The notes under the pieces are model-generated. The model did no database searches. It was not told the DNA's origin and saw only the letters and a program-made list of their open reading frames with translations. 64,000 nt of DNA from Lama glama (lineage: Eukaryota), in NCBI GenBank assembly GCA_028534125.1, contig CM052818.1:11162001-11226000 (forward strand). Direction: 5' to 3'. Both the position numbers and the translations under genes were made by a program. Below are positions 23,291 through 35,622 of the stretch, one piece after another; within the stretch, counting starts at the first letter, position 1; every line of letters begins with the position of its first letter.

Positions 23291-24544
23291 TGGGGGTGGA
23301 AGTTTGGAATGGGAAATGTATAGTATACAGATGCTGATTTTTTTCTCCTTCAAGTCTTTTGAGTTTTTCTTGGCATTAGAATTGGTGTCTCAAGGAAACT
23401 ACAGAATCATGTCTCTTTCAAGTCATTGAAAAGCCAGAAAAGTCAGTGCTGGCCTCTAGACTAGAGCACAAAAGAAATTAACGTAAATGCACTAGCAGAT
23501 TTGGCTTTTAGGATCCCTTTCCCCACATTATTTTGGGTGTTTCCTTTATCTCCCAGTAACCTTCTTACATTGGTGTCTAAAAGGGCCTTCTCACTGGCGC
23601 TCATGAGCTCTCCTCCAAGAGAAGACTCAGGACCAATTTACTCAAGTGGAAACTGAGTATTTTTGCCAGGCAGAATGAGAGATCAACCTGAGTTTCCTAC
23701 GGGAAAACCATAACAGTCCCGGGCTTGCAAAGCCCTATATAGGAAGCGCTGGGAGGATCCAGAAGACAGATGACTCTAAGATCACCAGCTCCCTGGAGGA
23801 CATGTGTCAGGTCTTCGGATTTCTCTGAGCTCAACATCAAAAAATAAGAAGTAGATTGGAGTCTGAAAGAAGAGCCAGTTTCCTATGAGGCAAATGAAGG
23901 AGAGAAGGCTGGAGAATCAGTGGGTAAAAGAGGCCTCCCTGTGCTGGGCAGTGGGGCAGAGGAGAAAAAGACTGTTGATATTCGTGCTGAGGAGAGGGGA
24001 CTGAGCAGTCAGTAGGTCCTTGAGATAAGCTCCATCCAGGTAGCGTATTGCTGTCACTGTCATTTGAGCAGACTTTCTGTGCATTCATGTCTTTGCTGCC
24101 CCTGACATTTAACTTCTTGAAGTCTGATGGGTTTAGTTACATCAACCAGAACAGCTACTTACATACCAGAACATGTGAAACAAAAAATAAAGAGTGAATT
24201 TCTTTCAGGACTGATGCTCTGAGTTAGGGGGCACAAAAGAAGCCAACTTGCAAGAAAAAGAGAAGTAGATTAGCTTAGTGAGTAAAAATGAAAGAATTTT
24301 CGAGTTGTTTTGTTGCCTTCGCAAAAATGGAACAAGGAAAATTGGTATATTTTTAGTCTTGTATCTTTGCATCTCAGTGAGTAACCCTCACAGATAGCAC
24401 AAGTTGTCATATGTTCATTCTCTCTGTATTTCCAGTTTAGTGCAGATTGAAGCTCAACTTGGAAGACCAAACAATGCTCAAGCTCAAATGAGAAATGATG
24501 AACATATACTTTTGTCCTTCCTTGACAACCAGGACCATTCGGCC

Positions 24545-25875
24545 TAGAAGATACACAGATGGTAAGGAAGCATATAAAAAGATGTTTAATATCATATGTC
24601 TAAATTGCACATTTTAACTGTAAATTAATACTACGCACCTATTAGAATGACTGAAATCCACAACACTGACAATATCAGATGCTAGCAAGGATGTGGCAAA
24701 ACAGGAACTCTCATTCCTTGATGGTGGGAATGCAAAATGTACAGCCACCTTGGAAGACAAGTCTTGTGGTTTCTTATATAACTAAACATGCTTTTACCAT
24801 ATAATCCAGCAATTGTGCTCCTTGGTATTTACCTAAAGGAGTTGAAAACATATCCTCACAAAAACCTGCACATGGATGTTTAGAACAGATTTGTTCTTTT
24901 TTAGCTTTTAAATTTTATTGAAATGTATTTGATTTACAATGTTACTTTCAGCTGTATAGCAAAGTGATTCAGTTGTACATACACATACACATATATTTTT
25001 CTGATTCTTTCCATTATGTTATTTCTAGAAATTGAATATAGCTCTCTGTGCTGTACAGTAGGTCCTTGTTGTTTATCTGCTTTATATATAGTCATGTGTA
25101 TCTGTTAATCCCAAACCCCTAATTTATCCCTCCCCTGCCCTTTTCCCTTTGGTAGCCACAGTTTGTTTTCTATGTCTGTGAGTCTATTTTTGATTTTAAA
25201 TAAAATTTGTATTATTTTTTAGATGCCATATGTAAGTGTGATATCATATGAACAGGTTTATTCTTAATTGCCAAAAGCTGGAAGCAACAAAAATGTCCTT
25301 AGTAGATGAGTAAATAAAAAAATTATGGTACATCCAGACAATGGAATATTTGCAGGGCTGAAAAGAAATTAGCTATCAAGCCATGAATGCAAATTACTTA
25401 ATAATTACTCAATAACCTTAAATGCATATTATTGTGAAATGAGCCCATCTGAAAAGGCTACATGCTATATAGCTCCAACCAAAAGTCATTCTGGAAAAGG
25501 CAAAACTATGGAGACAGTAAAAAGATCAGTGGTTGCCAAGATTAGGGGAGAGTGACTGGTCAGAGCAGAGTATCTTTAGGGCAGTAAAACTATTCTGTAT
25601 GCTCCTATAATGGTGGATACATGCCATTACGCATTTGTCAAAACTCATAAAATGTGCAACACCAGCAATGAACTTGGATGTAAACTACAGACTTTGGGTG
25701 ATAATGATGTGTCCATGTAGGTTCATCAGTTGTAACGAATGTACGACTGTGGTGTGAAACACTGATAATGGGGAAGGCTATGTATATGTGAGGGCAGGGG
25801 GTGTATGGGAACTCTCCGTACCTTCTTCTCAATTCTTCTACGATTATAAAGCTGCTCTTAAAAAGTTTATTATTT
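24545..25875 (+). mobile_element. L1MC/L1MB-type L1 3' end, host of a nested L1
   Basis: ORF2 C-terminal region (agaagatacacagatgg...ggtgggaatgcaaaatg) and 3'UTR (ggaaaaggcaaaactatggagacagtaaaaagatcagtggttgcc...gggaactctccgtacc). Confidence 0.85.
24899..25249 (-). mobile_element. Younger 5'-truncated L1 3' end nested in the older L1
   Basis: ttttattgaaatgtatttgatttacaatgt...gctgtacagtaggtccttgtt...; flanked by TSD gaacagatttgttctt (24883-24898) / gaacaggtttattctt (25250-25265). Confidence 0.85.
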
Positions 25876-26444
25876 TTTTAAAAAGAGATATTATTTTAGT
25901 AGAGTCCAGAGAATTATTCTTTACCAGAATCCCTTTCCCAAAAGATACAAACATTTGGCCATCTTAATAACAATAGTAAAGCCAAAGTAATCTGCCCTCT
26001 TTTGGAGACATTCGTCAAGGAATTTCAGGGAACTGGTTCAAAGTCACTTATCTATTATTGTGCAGAGACTTCTGCTTTCCAAAAGAAGAGTGAGTCATGG
26101 TTCATGGTACAAGAAGTGCTCCTTCTGAAGTGTTTTCTAAGGATTTGACCTGAATATTCAGTTCCATAAAATAAGAGAGAGACTGGGAAATAGGGGAAAA
26201 AAAGTATTCTCTTGAGTTTTAGAAGGAGTTGTTCAGGTGATGAAATGTACTCTGGGCTGGGGGAAGAAAGCCCGAGTTGACAATAACGTTGCATACAATG
26301 AGAGTAAAGATAGAATTTCTGTCACTCAGAGAAAGTTCTCTTGATCAGTTTCAAAGCTGGGCGATCCGGAGTCAATTTACAAAGAGAAAACATTTGCAAG
26401 AATGGTGCATGTGATATTTTTCAGGTAAATAAGAATCAGATAAA

Positions 26445-26645
26445 CATGCTTTCAAATCCCAAGTCCACCATTTCCCAGCTCTACAATCTTGGCCAAATTG
26501 CTTAAAGTTTTAGAAACTCAGATTTCTCAGCTCTAAAGTAAAGGCAAAAATACCTAGCCTAGATCACTTTTTGATGAATAGATGAAAAATGTGTGTCAAC
26601 TCTTGAGCTAATAGACTGGTGAATAATAACTTACCAGTTATTATG
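26445..26645 (+). mobile_element. MIR
   Basis: ttcaaatcccaagtccacca...ttggccaaattgctta...ctcagatttctcagctctaaa. Confidence 0.65.
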
Positions 26646-26794
26646 ATAATAATTATAAAATATATATTATTATATTTCTTAATAGTGGTGTTTTCATATT
26701 ATTGCCATGATGACAAATTGTCTAAGCACAATCTTTATAATTAACAAGTGTATCTTAAAATCCTACCATGCACTTAATGCTTTCATACTAACTT

Positions 26795-27733
26795 TTTTTT
26801 GACTTTTTTTTATTGAAATGTAGTCAGTTTACAGTTTGTCAATTTCTGGTGTACAGCATAATGTTTCAGTCATATGTATACATACATATTTTTGTTTTCA
26901 TATTCTTTTTCATTAGAGGTTACTACAAGATATTGAATATAGTTCCCTGTGCTGTACAGAAGAAACTTATTCATCTATTTTATATATACTGGTTAATATA
27001 TGCAAATCTCAAACTCCCAATTTATCCCTTCCCACCCCTTCTCCCCCAAGTAACCATAAGTATATTTACTGGGTCTGTGGGTGTTTCTGTTTTGTATATA
27101 AGTTCATTAGTGTCTTCTTTTTTCTTTTTTTAGATTCTATATATGAGTAATATCATGTAGTATTTTTCTTTCTCTTTCTGGCTTACTTCACTTAGAATTA
27201 CAATCTCCAGGTCCATCCATGTTGCTACAAATGGCATTCTTTTATTATTTTTTATGGCTGAGTAGTATTCCATTGTATAAATATGCCACAGTTTCTTTAT
27301 CTAGTCATGTGTCGATGGACATTTAGACTGCTTCCATGTTTTGGCTATTGTACTTAGTGCTGCTATGAATATTGGGGTGCATGTATCTTTTTGAATTAGA
27401 GTTCTCTATGGATATATGCCCAAGAGTAGGGTTGCTGGATCATATGGTAAGTCTATTTTTAATCTTTTGAGGAATCTCCATACTATTTTCCATAATGGCT
27501 ACACCAAACTACATTCCCACCAGCAGTGTAGTAAGGTTCCCTTTTCTTCACACCCTCTCCAGCACTCATCGTTTGTGGACTTTTGAATGATGGCCATTCT
27601 GACTGGTGTGAAGTGGTACCTCATTGTACTTTTGATTTGCATGTCTCTGATAATTAGTGATACTGAGCATTTTTTCGTGTACATATTGGCCATTTGTATG
27701 TCTTCACTGGAGAACTGCTTGTTTAGGTCTTAT
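26795..27733 (-). mobile_element. Lineage-specific 5'-truncated L1 (ORF2 C-terminus + 3'UTR)
   Basis: ORF 27499-27693(-) [36 protein letters not shown]...[18 protein letters not shown] matches the L1 ORF2 Cys-rich domain; poly-T at left; TSD tttcatactaactt (26781-26794) / tttcttacaaactt (27734-27747). Confidence 0.92.
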
Positions 27734-28894
27734 TTTCTTACAAACTTGGTAGAACAAGTCTAAGTTTCCTTCCATAAGGAAATTGTGATCTAATAGGGGA
27801 GATAAGATGCAGATGCAGGAAACAGAGCAGAAAATATGAGACAGCATAATTAGGTCAGTCTTGCAGCCTAGACTGTAAGTGTTGAAGAGGTTTTCAGAGA
27901 AGAGTAAGATCAAAAGGACTGAAGTTTCAGGACTCATTTCGTGGAGGAAGGACCTTCGGGTTAGGTGTGGTTTAGGGAGATGAAGGCGGGTAATAACAAC
28001 TGGAAGACAGGAACCAAGGCAGGGAGGCATGACTCTTTCTTAAACTAGCATCTGCTCAGGGAGGCTGTGGAAGGCCAGCAAGAGAGGTGGGGTGGGGCAG
28101 GAGCACGCTGCATAGAGAAAAGATTGGGGCTCCATGGAGTAGCGATTAGGTAGCTTCTGAAAGAGTGACCTGACAAGCATCGTATTTAGGGGAGATCAAT
28201 GTAACCAAGTAGGTGGCAGAAAGGACAGTGGGTGAAGTCAAGAAGGTCAACTGAGGAGTTATATGACCCCTAACTTTCTCTTTTTATTTCAGAACTTTTT
28301 GTACATTTTGAATTTTAAAAGGTGAACATGTACTTCTTTTATTAGGAAAGATTTTTTTAAAGGGAGTGAACTATTAAAATAAAAGGACAATATTAAGAAA
28401 TATTTTTGTGTTTCTTAAAAATTGTTAAATTATATTAGATCAAGGAAACCATGTATTTTAGTTTAACTTTTCACCCTCGCTGCTAGGATCCTCAAAATTA
28501 TTTTTCATGCAAATTCAGTGACTTTCTTGAAAATAGATTTTTTTTCATGGTGTTTTCCCTGTTAGAAGCCCCAGGAAAGACAAAGGGGAAAAAAAAAACA
28601 TGACATTCTGTAGCTAGCACCCTGCTACTCACAGCTTCCATCAGAGCACCTGGAAAGTGGTTTTACCTCCAAGAAATAAGCTACAACTGAAAAGGATAAA
28701 ATAGCTCCTATGCCTCCCAGAATGTGCTGTTACATGACTGAGGTCACAAACAAAGCTACAAGAAGGCTGCACCATTTAGGGGAGTGGTAGGTCAGCCTTT
28801 GCCAAAAGCAGAGGAGCGTTCCAGAGGGAACTGTTGGCAGAGTCCACCCTAGCAAAGTGGAAGGGTCAAGATGAGGTGAAATTGTTACAGTGAC

Positions 28895-29280
28895 ATCGTC
28901 ATTTTACTGTCGTTCAGTGAGTGTTTACTGTAAGCCAAACTCTGTTGCGTAATTCATTTACTCTTCAGTCCAGGGAGATGGGCATGATGATTATTACCAT
29001 TTTACTGGTGAGAGAAATGGAGGCTGAAATTTTTTAAGAGCCACGTTCCAAGTCATGTGACTGGTAAACAGCAGGACCGGGGCCGTAGGGCTTAGTGGTT
29101 CATAGCACTGTGCCGGGGGCGGTCTCTGTGAGGTCAGACCTCTGCTCTTCTCTCTGTGAGCTGCGTGACCTTGGACAGGCAACTTGAACACTTTCTAAGT
29201 CTCAACCTGTTCATCTGTACAATGCGAATACTGATAGCACCTATTTATTAGGTTGTCATGAAGCAGTGCGTGTAGTGGGT
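28895..29280. mobile_element. Two adjacent MIR fragments in opposite orientations
   Basis: ccattttactggtgagagaaatggaggct (minus), then gctgcgtgaccttggacaggc...tcatctgtacaatg (plus). Confidence 0.7.
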
Positions 29281-31095
29281 GGGGCTTTCACAGGCACGTG
29301 GGGCCTCTGGTCATCAGTGCAGAGGAGCGGGCATCGCTGGTGGCGGCGTTGCGGGCGTCCCAGTGCTAGGTCCTACCGTACTGAATGCTCGTATCATCTC
29401 CCAATTCCCCTTTCTCCAATTCAGTGATGGCTGATCAATCTTCTAACAATGCAGCTTCCTTTCTGATAGGAAAAGCTATGCTGGCGAGACCCCATGTCTG
29501 CCCCATTTGCCTGATAGGTTATTTGCTTGGAAGTTATAGTAATGAACCGGCATTCTAGTTTTATTCAGCACTCACTGACCTTTATCGGCATGAATTGACA
29601 CCTTTGAATCAGATACTGTCAAGATCCGCTTTCCGAGCCTGAACATCTAAAGGTGAGACAATGGCAAGTAGATAATTCAGCAGAGGAAACCTGTTTTAGG
29701 GGGGTTCTGTGAGAACTGCAGCAAGGTCTTCTCTGGGAGTCCCGCTCTCTTCCCGTGAAACTCCCTTCAGCAGCTACAAAAGGCCACTGCAGTGCCACGA
29801 GCAGACAGAACGCCCATGTTCAGCAGGAGACCAAGGGAGTAGTGAAAACTGTCACAAAACCAGTTTCTCTTCCTATACCGGGACCCAGGTGACTCCTTCG
29901 GAACCCTCTTTGGACATCCAGGGCCAATGCCAACTGCTGTGTCCCTTCCCCTCCTCATTCCTCGAGTCCATTTGGGGAAGTGCTTGGGTAGCCCGGTGTC
30001 CAATAATTGGGATGTGCGGGGCTTCGAGGTCCTGTCCTAATTTCATCTATTAAAACAGTCATTTTTCCTTTTTTAAAACTCCCTTGTTTTCTCTTTCTTC
30101 CTCTCTCCAGTCCTTTATTTATTCATTTCTTTAATTGTATTTTGCTACTAAAGAGTCCTGAACCTGATGCAGTAAAGAAAGCTGAATTTTTTTACCGACG
30201 CATGTAAAATCTCAGACGCCTGGATTCTGTGCCACACTGCGCTCTGTGGGGATCAGGAAACAAAGGGGTGAAGGACAGTGGCTGCCCGGTGTCTTAATAA
30301 GATGCAGATCAGCCGAAGAGCATCAGACCATCAAATCCAGGGTCTGCACACCTTTCGTCAGGCTTGGAATGGGCCGAGATGGATTCGGGGCTTTATTGAA
30401 AGATCATACAGGATGACTGCAAAATCCCATTACTTGTTGATTAAGTATTGATTGCCTCGGTATTAACAAGCCAGCTAATATGAAGTGACCTCTGAGGCCA
30501 GTGGTTTGGGGGGAGGGGGAAGACAATTTACTAAAACAGGCAGGCAGATGAATAAGAGGGCTAGATTTGCTCTTGGCTTTTAGCTTCGGTTAAAATGTCA
30601 CACTCGATAGTGCAGATCAATGCCCACTTTATTTCCTCACAGCCGTCTTATTACCATCATGAGGCTGCCTTCTTTGATGCTTTCTAATGACCCTCTGAAC
30701 CTCCTGCTCAGCTCACCCTCTGCTTTCCGCTGAAGGGAGAGCCCTCTCTGCCCCCTGGCTGCTGATGGAGTGCGGGGATGCGAGGCTGGGCCAGGGGGAC
30801 TCGCCGAGCCTCATCTAGGGTCAGCGGTGCGACTCTCGCTGTGCTTTTCCCCTTGTCCTCTTGCTCCCTTTGAGCGTCTTCAACATCAAAGCTCGTCTCC
30901 TCTTTCCATAATTCCAAATCAAGTCGAGGCGGTGAAGCAAGAGGCTCGGCTCAAAACTTCCACCCCAAGGCCACCGTCAGGGTCAGGGGCTGCACAACTT
31001 CCTTCTCTCGGAAGGGAACTCTTGCCTACTGTTTGAAACCTCCTCCTCCCATCCAGAAATGGATGTCTCTGGTAACGGCAAAAATAAGTAAGTAA

Positions 31096-31264
31096 GGGCG
31101 AGGGTATAGCTCAAGTGGTAGAGTGCATGCTTAGCACGCATGAGGTCCTGGTTCAATCCCCAGTGCCTCCTCTAAAAATAAACAAACCTAATTACCTCTT
31201 CCCTCCTGCCAAAATAAAATAATTAAATAATACAATAATAAATAAATAAATTTAAAATACTAGA
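31096..31264 (+). mobile_element. Camelid tRNA-derived SINE (Vic-1-like) with perfect TSD
   Basis: gggcgagggtatagctcaagtggtagagtgcatgcttagcacgcatgaggtcctggttcaatcccc with Pol III A/B boxes and A-rich tail; 16-bp TSD aaaaataagtaagtaa at 31080-31095 and 31265-31280. Confidence 0.93.
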
Positions 31265-33224
31265 AAAAATAAGTAAGTAAATATATAACTCAAAAAGACA
31301 AAATCCCCCCTCACTTCAGTCAAGCAGACTGTGATTTAAGAATTCCCAGCACATGAGCCCACCCCAGCAGCAGTGAGCAGGGCTCTGCTATGGAAATCTT
31401 AGTTTACGTTTTCGTCTATAAAGAGGAGCTTTTGTGAACACGCGCTGCTCTTTTAGCGAGGTGCTTGGCTTCTCCGCGGCAAAAAACTCTGCTGACTGCT
31501 TAGTCTAGCTTTCTCTGTGTATAAATATTTCATGTGCTGGCCTGGGTAGGGATTTGCCAATGCCCTCCTATTGGCCAGAGGTCTGGCTCCAACTTCCTGC
31601 GTCAGAAAGAAAATAGAGAAGTGAATCGAAGTGAAAAACTTTCTCCTTGGCAAACATACTCAATTGGTCTCTGAAATGAAAAGGTTTCCAAGTCTGGATG
31701 GCTAGAGGGAGGAACGGGAGTACAGAGAGGAAACTTCAAAATCTCGAAGGCTGGTATTCAAAGCCAAGTCGACCTGAAGATGAAAACCATAATAATTTCT
31801 CTAGGGCTTGAAGAAACTCCCTCAGTAAATTTTGTTGCTGCAAAATTCATAATTTAAAGCCTCTTTCCATCTATTCCAGCCTAAATTGGGTGAATAAAGA
31901 TCATTTCTCCCTTTACTTAATGTTTCAGTCTTTTTTTCTCAGGGTCTTATCAGGGTTCTGTGTAAAGTCCTATAATTCAGAACCACTCACAGTCCGCCAC
32001 AAACAAAGCCATTTCCCTTTCTCCTTTTCCTTTGCCTATTCTCTTCTGTTCTTACAGAAAATCCACTAAGTCCCTCCCCTACTTTTCCTATTTCTCAACT
32101 ATAATCACTAAATATTTGTTTAATGCAAACCATGTGTATATTTGCAGCGTTAAGTTGGCATTCAAAGGTTTGTTGAATGAATAAACTCATTGTTTTGAAT
32201 TGTTTTTCAATGAATTCATGAATTTACTGTATGGTTTTGTAATGTATAGAGACTAATTTTTTCTACTGTGCAAAAATTTAGACATCCTAATGAGAAGCCT
32301 GGCTTTCATCCCTTCTTCAATCTCATGGACCCCAATGAATTTGCTTGAAAACTTCTATAATAATGAGCTCTATAATGAAAGGAACTTTTGGAAGAAAACA
32401 TAAAAATCTCAGCAAAGAACATTCCATATTTTCTATACCCAGGAACCTCTACATGGAATGATATTCTACTTAATATTTCTACAAAACTATTCTTGCCCCA
32501 GAGAAATTTTTTAGCTTATGAAAAGATCTTAACCTAAGATATAGTGTAGGGTTTCACAGAAAGTTAACATAAAGTTATGAAAAATAGATGCACAGCAGGA
32601 GGTGAAGTTAGTGAGGCTTTAAGTAGAAAACACTTTTAAGTCTCTGAGTTTAGTGCCATTCTGATTTCATACCTGACCATACCTTCCTACAACCCATTCA
32701 TGGTATTGAAGATAGAATGCTGGACTGGATGGACTTTAGACTCTGACTCAGGATGGCAGTTCTTATGAATTAGTCATTTCTTAGAAAGCTAAGTAGCTAA
32801 GACACCCCAGAAGATGCACAAGGCTTATGCAAATAAGATTTGGGTTTCAGTCCTCTATATGGCCTTCTATTGTGATGGATTAAACTACCAGGATTCCTTT
32901 GTCCTTATGAATTCAGACCTTGGGTAATTCAGGCTATCTGCCTTTTTCAGCCTCTTTCTGCTAAGTTTACATATACAGAGGTTCCTAACATTCTGATGGA
33001 CAGGTGATCTGTGTGGGAAAAGTCCCAGTGGCAAGACGACCTAGTCATTAGCAAGTGATGATGTGAAACATGAGAACACAACCTTGGACAACTGCTCGAC
33101 ATGGACTAGCAAATGAGTTTCATCCCTTGCCAACATCCATGCATTGACAGTGGCTGCCTGGGTCATGATGTTGAAAAGAATTCTGAGATGGCCTCAGAAC
33201 ACAGAACAAACAGCACTGTGGTTA

Positions 33225-33748
33225 TATTAACTATCTATTTTTTGTATATCAAATTAACCTCAGCATTTAATGGATGAACACAACAAACATTTGTCTCAGT
33301 TTCTATGGGTTAGGAATTTGGAAGCTGCTTAGGTGAGTGGTTCTAGTTTACGAGGTTGCAGGCAAGATGCTGGCCAAGGCTGTAGTCATCTGAAAGCTTA
33401 ATGGGGATGGAGGGTCCACATGGATGGTGGTCACTCTGCGTGGCTATTAGTAACTAGTTTCTTGCCAGGGCTGTTGGCCTTATTCCCTCTCCATGTAGGT
33501 CGCTCTTACAACATGCCAGGTGGCTTTCCCTGTGCAAAGATATAGATGTGGGTACAGGTATGGCTGTAGGTGTAAGTACAGGTGAAGGTATAGATATGGA
33601 CTTACGGCTCTGTGAGTACCTAGCTATCTAGGATGAATGACAACTTTCATAATCTTGTTTTAGAAGTGATTTGCCATCCTATCTGCCACATTCTGTTGTT
33701 CATGTAGACCAACCACGATGAGAGCCACCTAGAAAGCTGCCTTCCATG
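33225..33748 (-). mobile_element. MLT1-type solo LTR
   Basis: tctcagtttctatgggttaggaatttgg...ggctgtagtcatctgaaagctt...tctgccacattctgttg. Confidence 0.8.
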
Positions 33749-34799
33749 GTGCTCAACTAGCTATGTTTGCAGTGGATGAGGACGTGCTGAGCAATGGAAT
33801 ATATTGTTGCTGCCTCTGTCCTAGAGTTCAGCATGGTTACTTGCTGCAATTTCCAGAATTTCATGCAAAAGATTAAATCTTTACCTTGCTCTATTGACCA
33901 TAAATTTGGAGAATAATTCCTCTGAAAAAAAAGACATTAAATATGTATGATCTGTCTCCCTTCTATTAGTTCAGATGCTCTTGATTCTTCTCTTTAGGAA
34001 ATATTATTAAATGATGATTACTTAGCACCAAGGACTCTACCAGGCACTGAAAAAATATACCTGAGCAAATGCATGGTGCCTGAGCCCAGGAGTTCCATGC
34101 AAGGGAAACCAAAATACTAGAATCGTAGGGACATGGCAGTATAAAATATCTAAAGCCAAAGATGATTAAGACTCTAAAAATTATTGACCAAATGATCCTA
34201 TCCTGAGTGACTGTCCAGACTCAGCTGACATCTTGATTGCTGGCCTTTTCTTTAACTGAGTAAATAAAACCAGTTTATTAGATTCACCCTGAAACCGAAA
34301 GTCATGACCTTTCATGACTCTCAATGACCAATGAGGCAAAAGTCAAAAGAGCATTTTTGTATGTTTTCTTGGTTTTGTTTTGTTTTTGTGTGTTACCTGG
34401 ATGAGTTTTAGGTATTTCAAGGCCCCCGAAATAGTAATAGTATTTGTGCACACCTATGTGTTCACTTTCATTGACTCTTAAAAAAGTTAGGGACCAGTGC
34501 TTTGAATGACTTTTTTTTTTTTCTCAGAATGTTGCTTTATGAAAATCTTTATTATCTATCCAATCTTTCTCAGCAGTCTCATTTTCTATGCTCCCACAGC
34601 CTCTTCCCAGTGCTGCCGTGTGCTCTGGAAACACTGAAACACTGAGTCCTTGTCCTCAACCCTGCCCCAGTTCTCTGTCTCCCATGTCTTTGGACCTCTG
34701 CACACACAGTTCCCATGCCTCGGGTGTATTTCTCCCTCTTTCCTTCCCAAAGATCATCTTGCCCATTCATATTCCCTAGTTTTTCCTGAAAGAATTTGT

Positions 34800-35320
34800 T
34801 CATTTCCAAAGACTTTGTATTTAAATGTGCTATTTTCTAGGTGCTATGTTAGGTACTAGTGATATAAAATTGAATAAAAATTGATTCCAGGCTTAAGGGC
34901 TCACATAGGAAAGAAAATAAGTAAACACATGATTACAATACAATGTGACAATGCAGATACGGTAGAAGACACAGAACGGTTACTATTAGTGCAAAGGAGA
35001 TAGTGCTTCTTTCTGGAAGGGCAAGATGTGAATAAGGATATTCAGATACAAGATGTACCACAGGATGAGTAGGGTTTTCAATTTCAGGGTGGAAAGGCAT
35101 TTGGGCCAGAGGGAATGGCAAGGACTAGCAGAGAAAGATGGGATTGTATGGTGTCCTGCACCAACTCACACAGCCTTTCCCACATTCTGTTTTTAGTCGT
35201 AATGTAGCTGTGTCTTCCCACTTGACAGTGAGTTCCACAAAGTCAGGACCCAGTTCTGCTTCTCTTGTTGTCTCCACTGAGTTGGTGCTCAGAATGATTT
35301 TGAATGAATGATTTCATAAA
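34800..35320. mobile_element. L2 LINE 3' fragments
   Basis: ctatgttaggtactagtgatata..., gacagtgagttccacaaagtcaggac...ggtgctcagaatgattttgaatgaatga. Confidence 0.55.
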
Positions 35321-35611
35321 ACTCTCTACAGCCTTTCACAGTATATCATTGAAAAGAAAAATACATGTTTTTATATCTGTAATGCTTCTCAGTATCAATC
35401 AGGTCTGCAACCCAAGGAGAGACCCCTAAAGTGAGATTCAAATAGGTCAGATCCGTCTCCTTTAACAGGTGTATTGCAGAAGATGATGGTCTGCAGTTGG
35501 GCATGTATGTTTCAATAGTGGTGGGATGGGTGGCTTTTGGGTGGTTGGTGGTGTGTTAGAATTAGAAACGAGCATTCAGGCTCTTTAAATTTAAAAGCCA
35601 CACTTTGTCAC

Positions 35612-35622
35612 TGACGTCAGCA
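35612..35622. promoter_or_regulatory. Full CRE palindrome with one MARE-type flank
   Basis: TGACGTCAGCA in unique sequence. Confidence 0.35.

Noticed and set aside
24436..24561. Plus-strand acceptor (ctctctgtatttccAG) and donor (ATG|GTAAGG) pair
   Set aside because: The donor lies in an L1, the frames close quickly, and no partner exons are evident; probably a pseudo-exon.
27499..27693. Protein-like ORF
   Set aside because: It is the L1 ORF2 C-terminus of a truncated retrotransposon, not a host gene.
31096..31170. tRNA gene (also about 1455-1528 and 49915-49990)
   Set aside because: The tRNA-like head continues into a shared SINE body, A-rich tail and TSDs, so these are SINEs.
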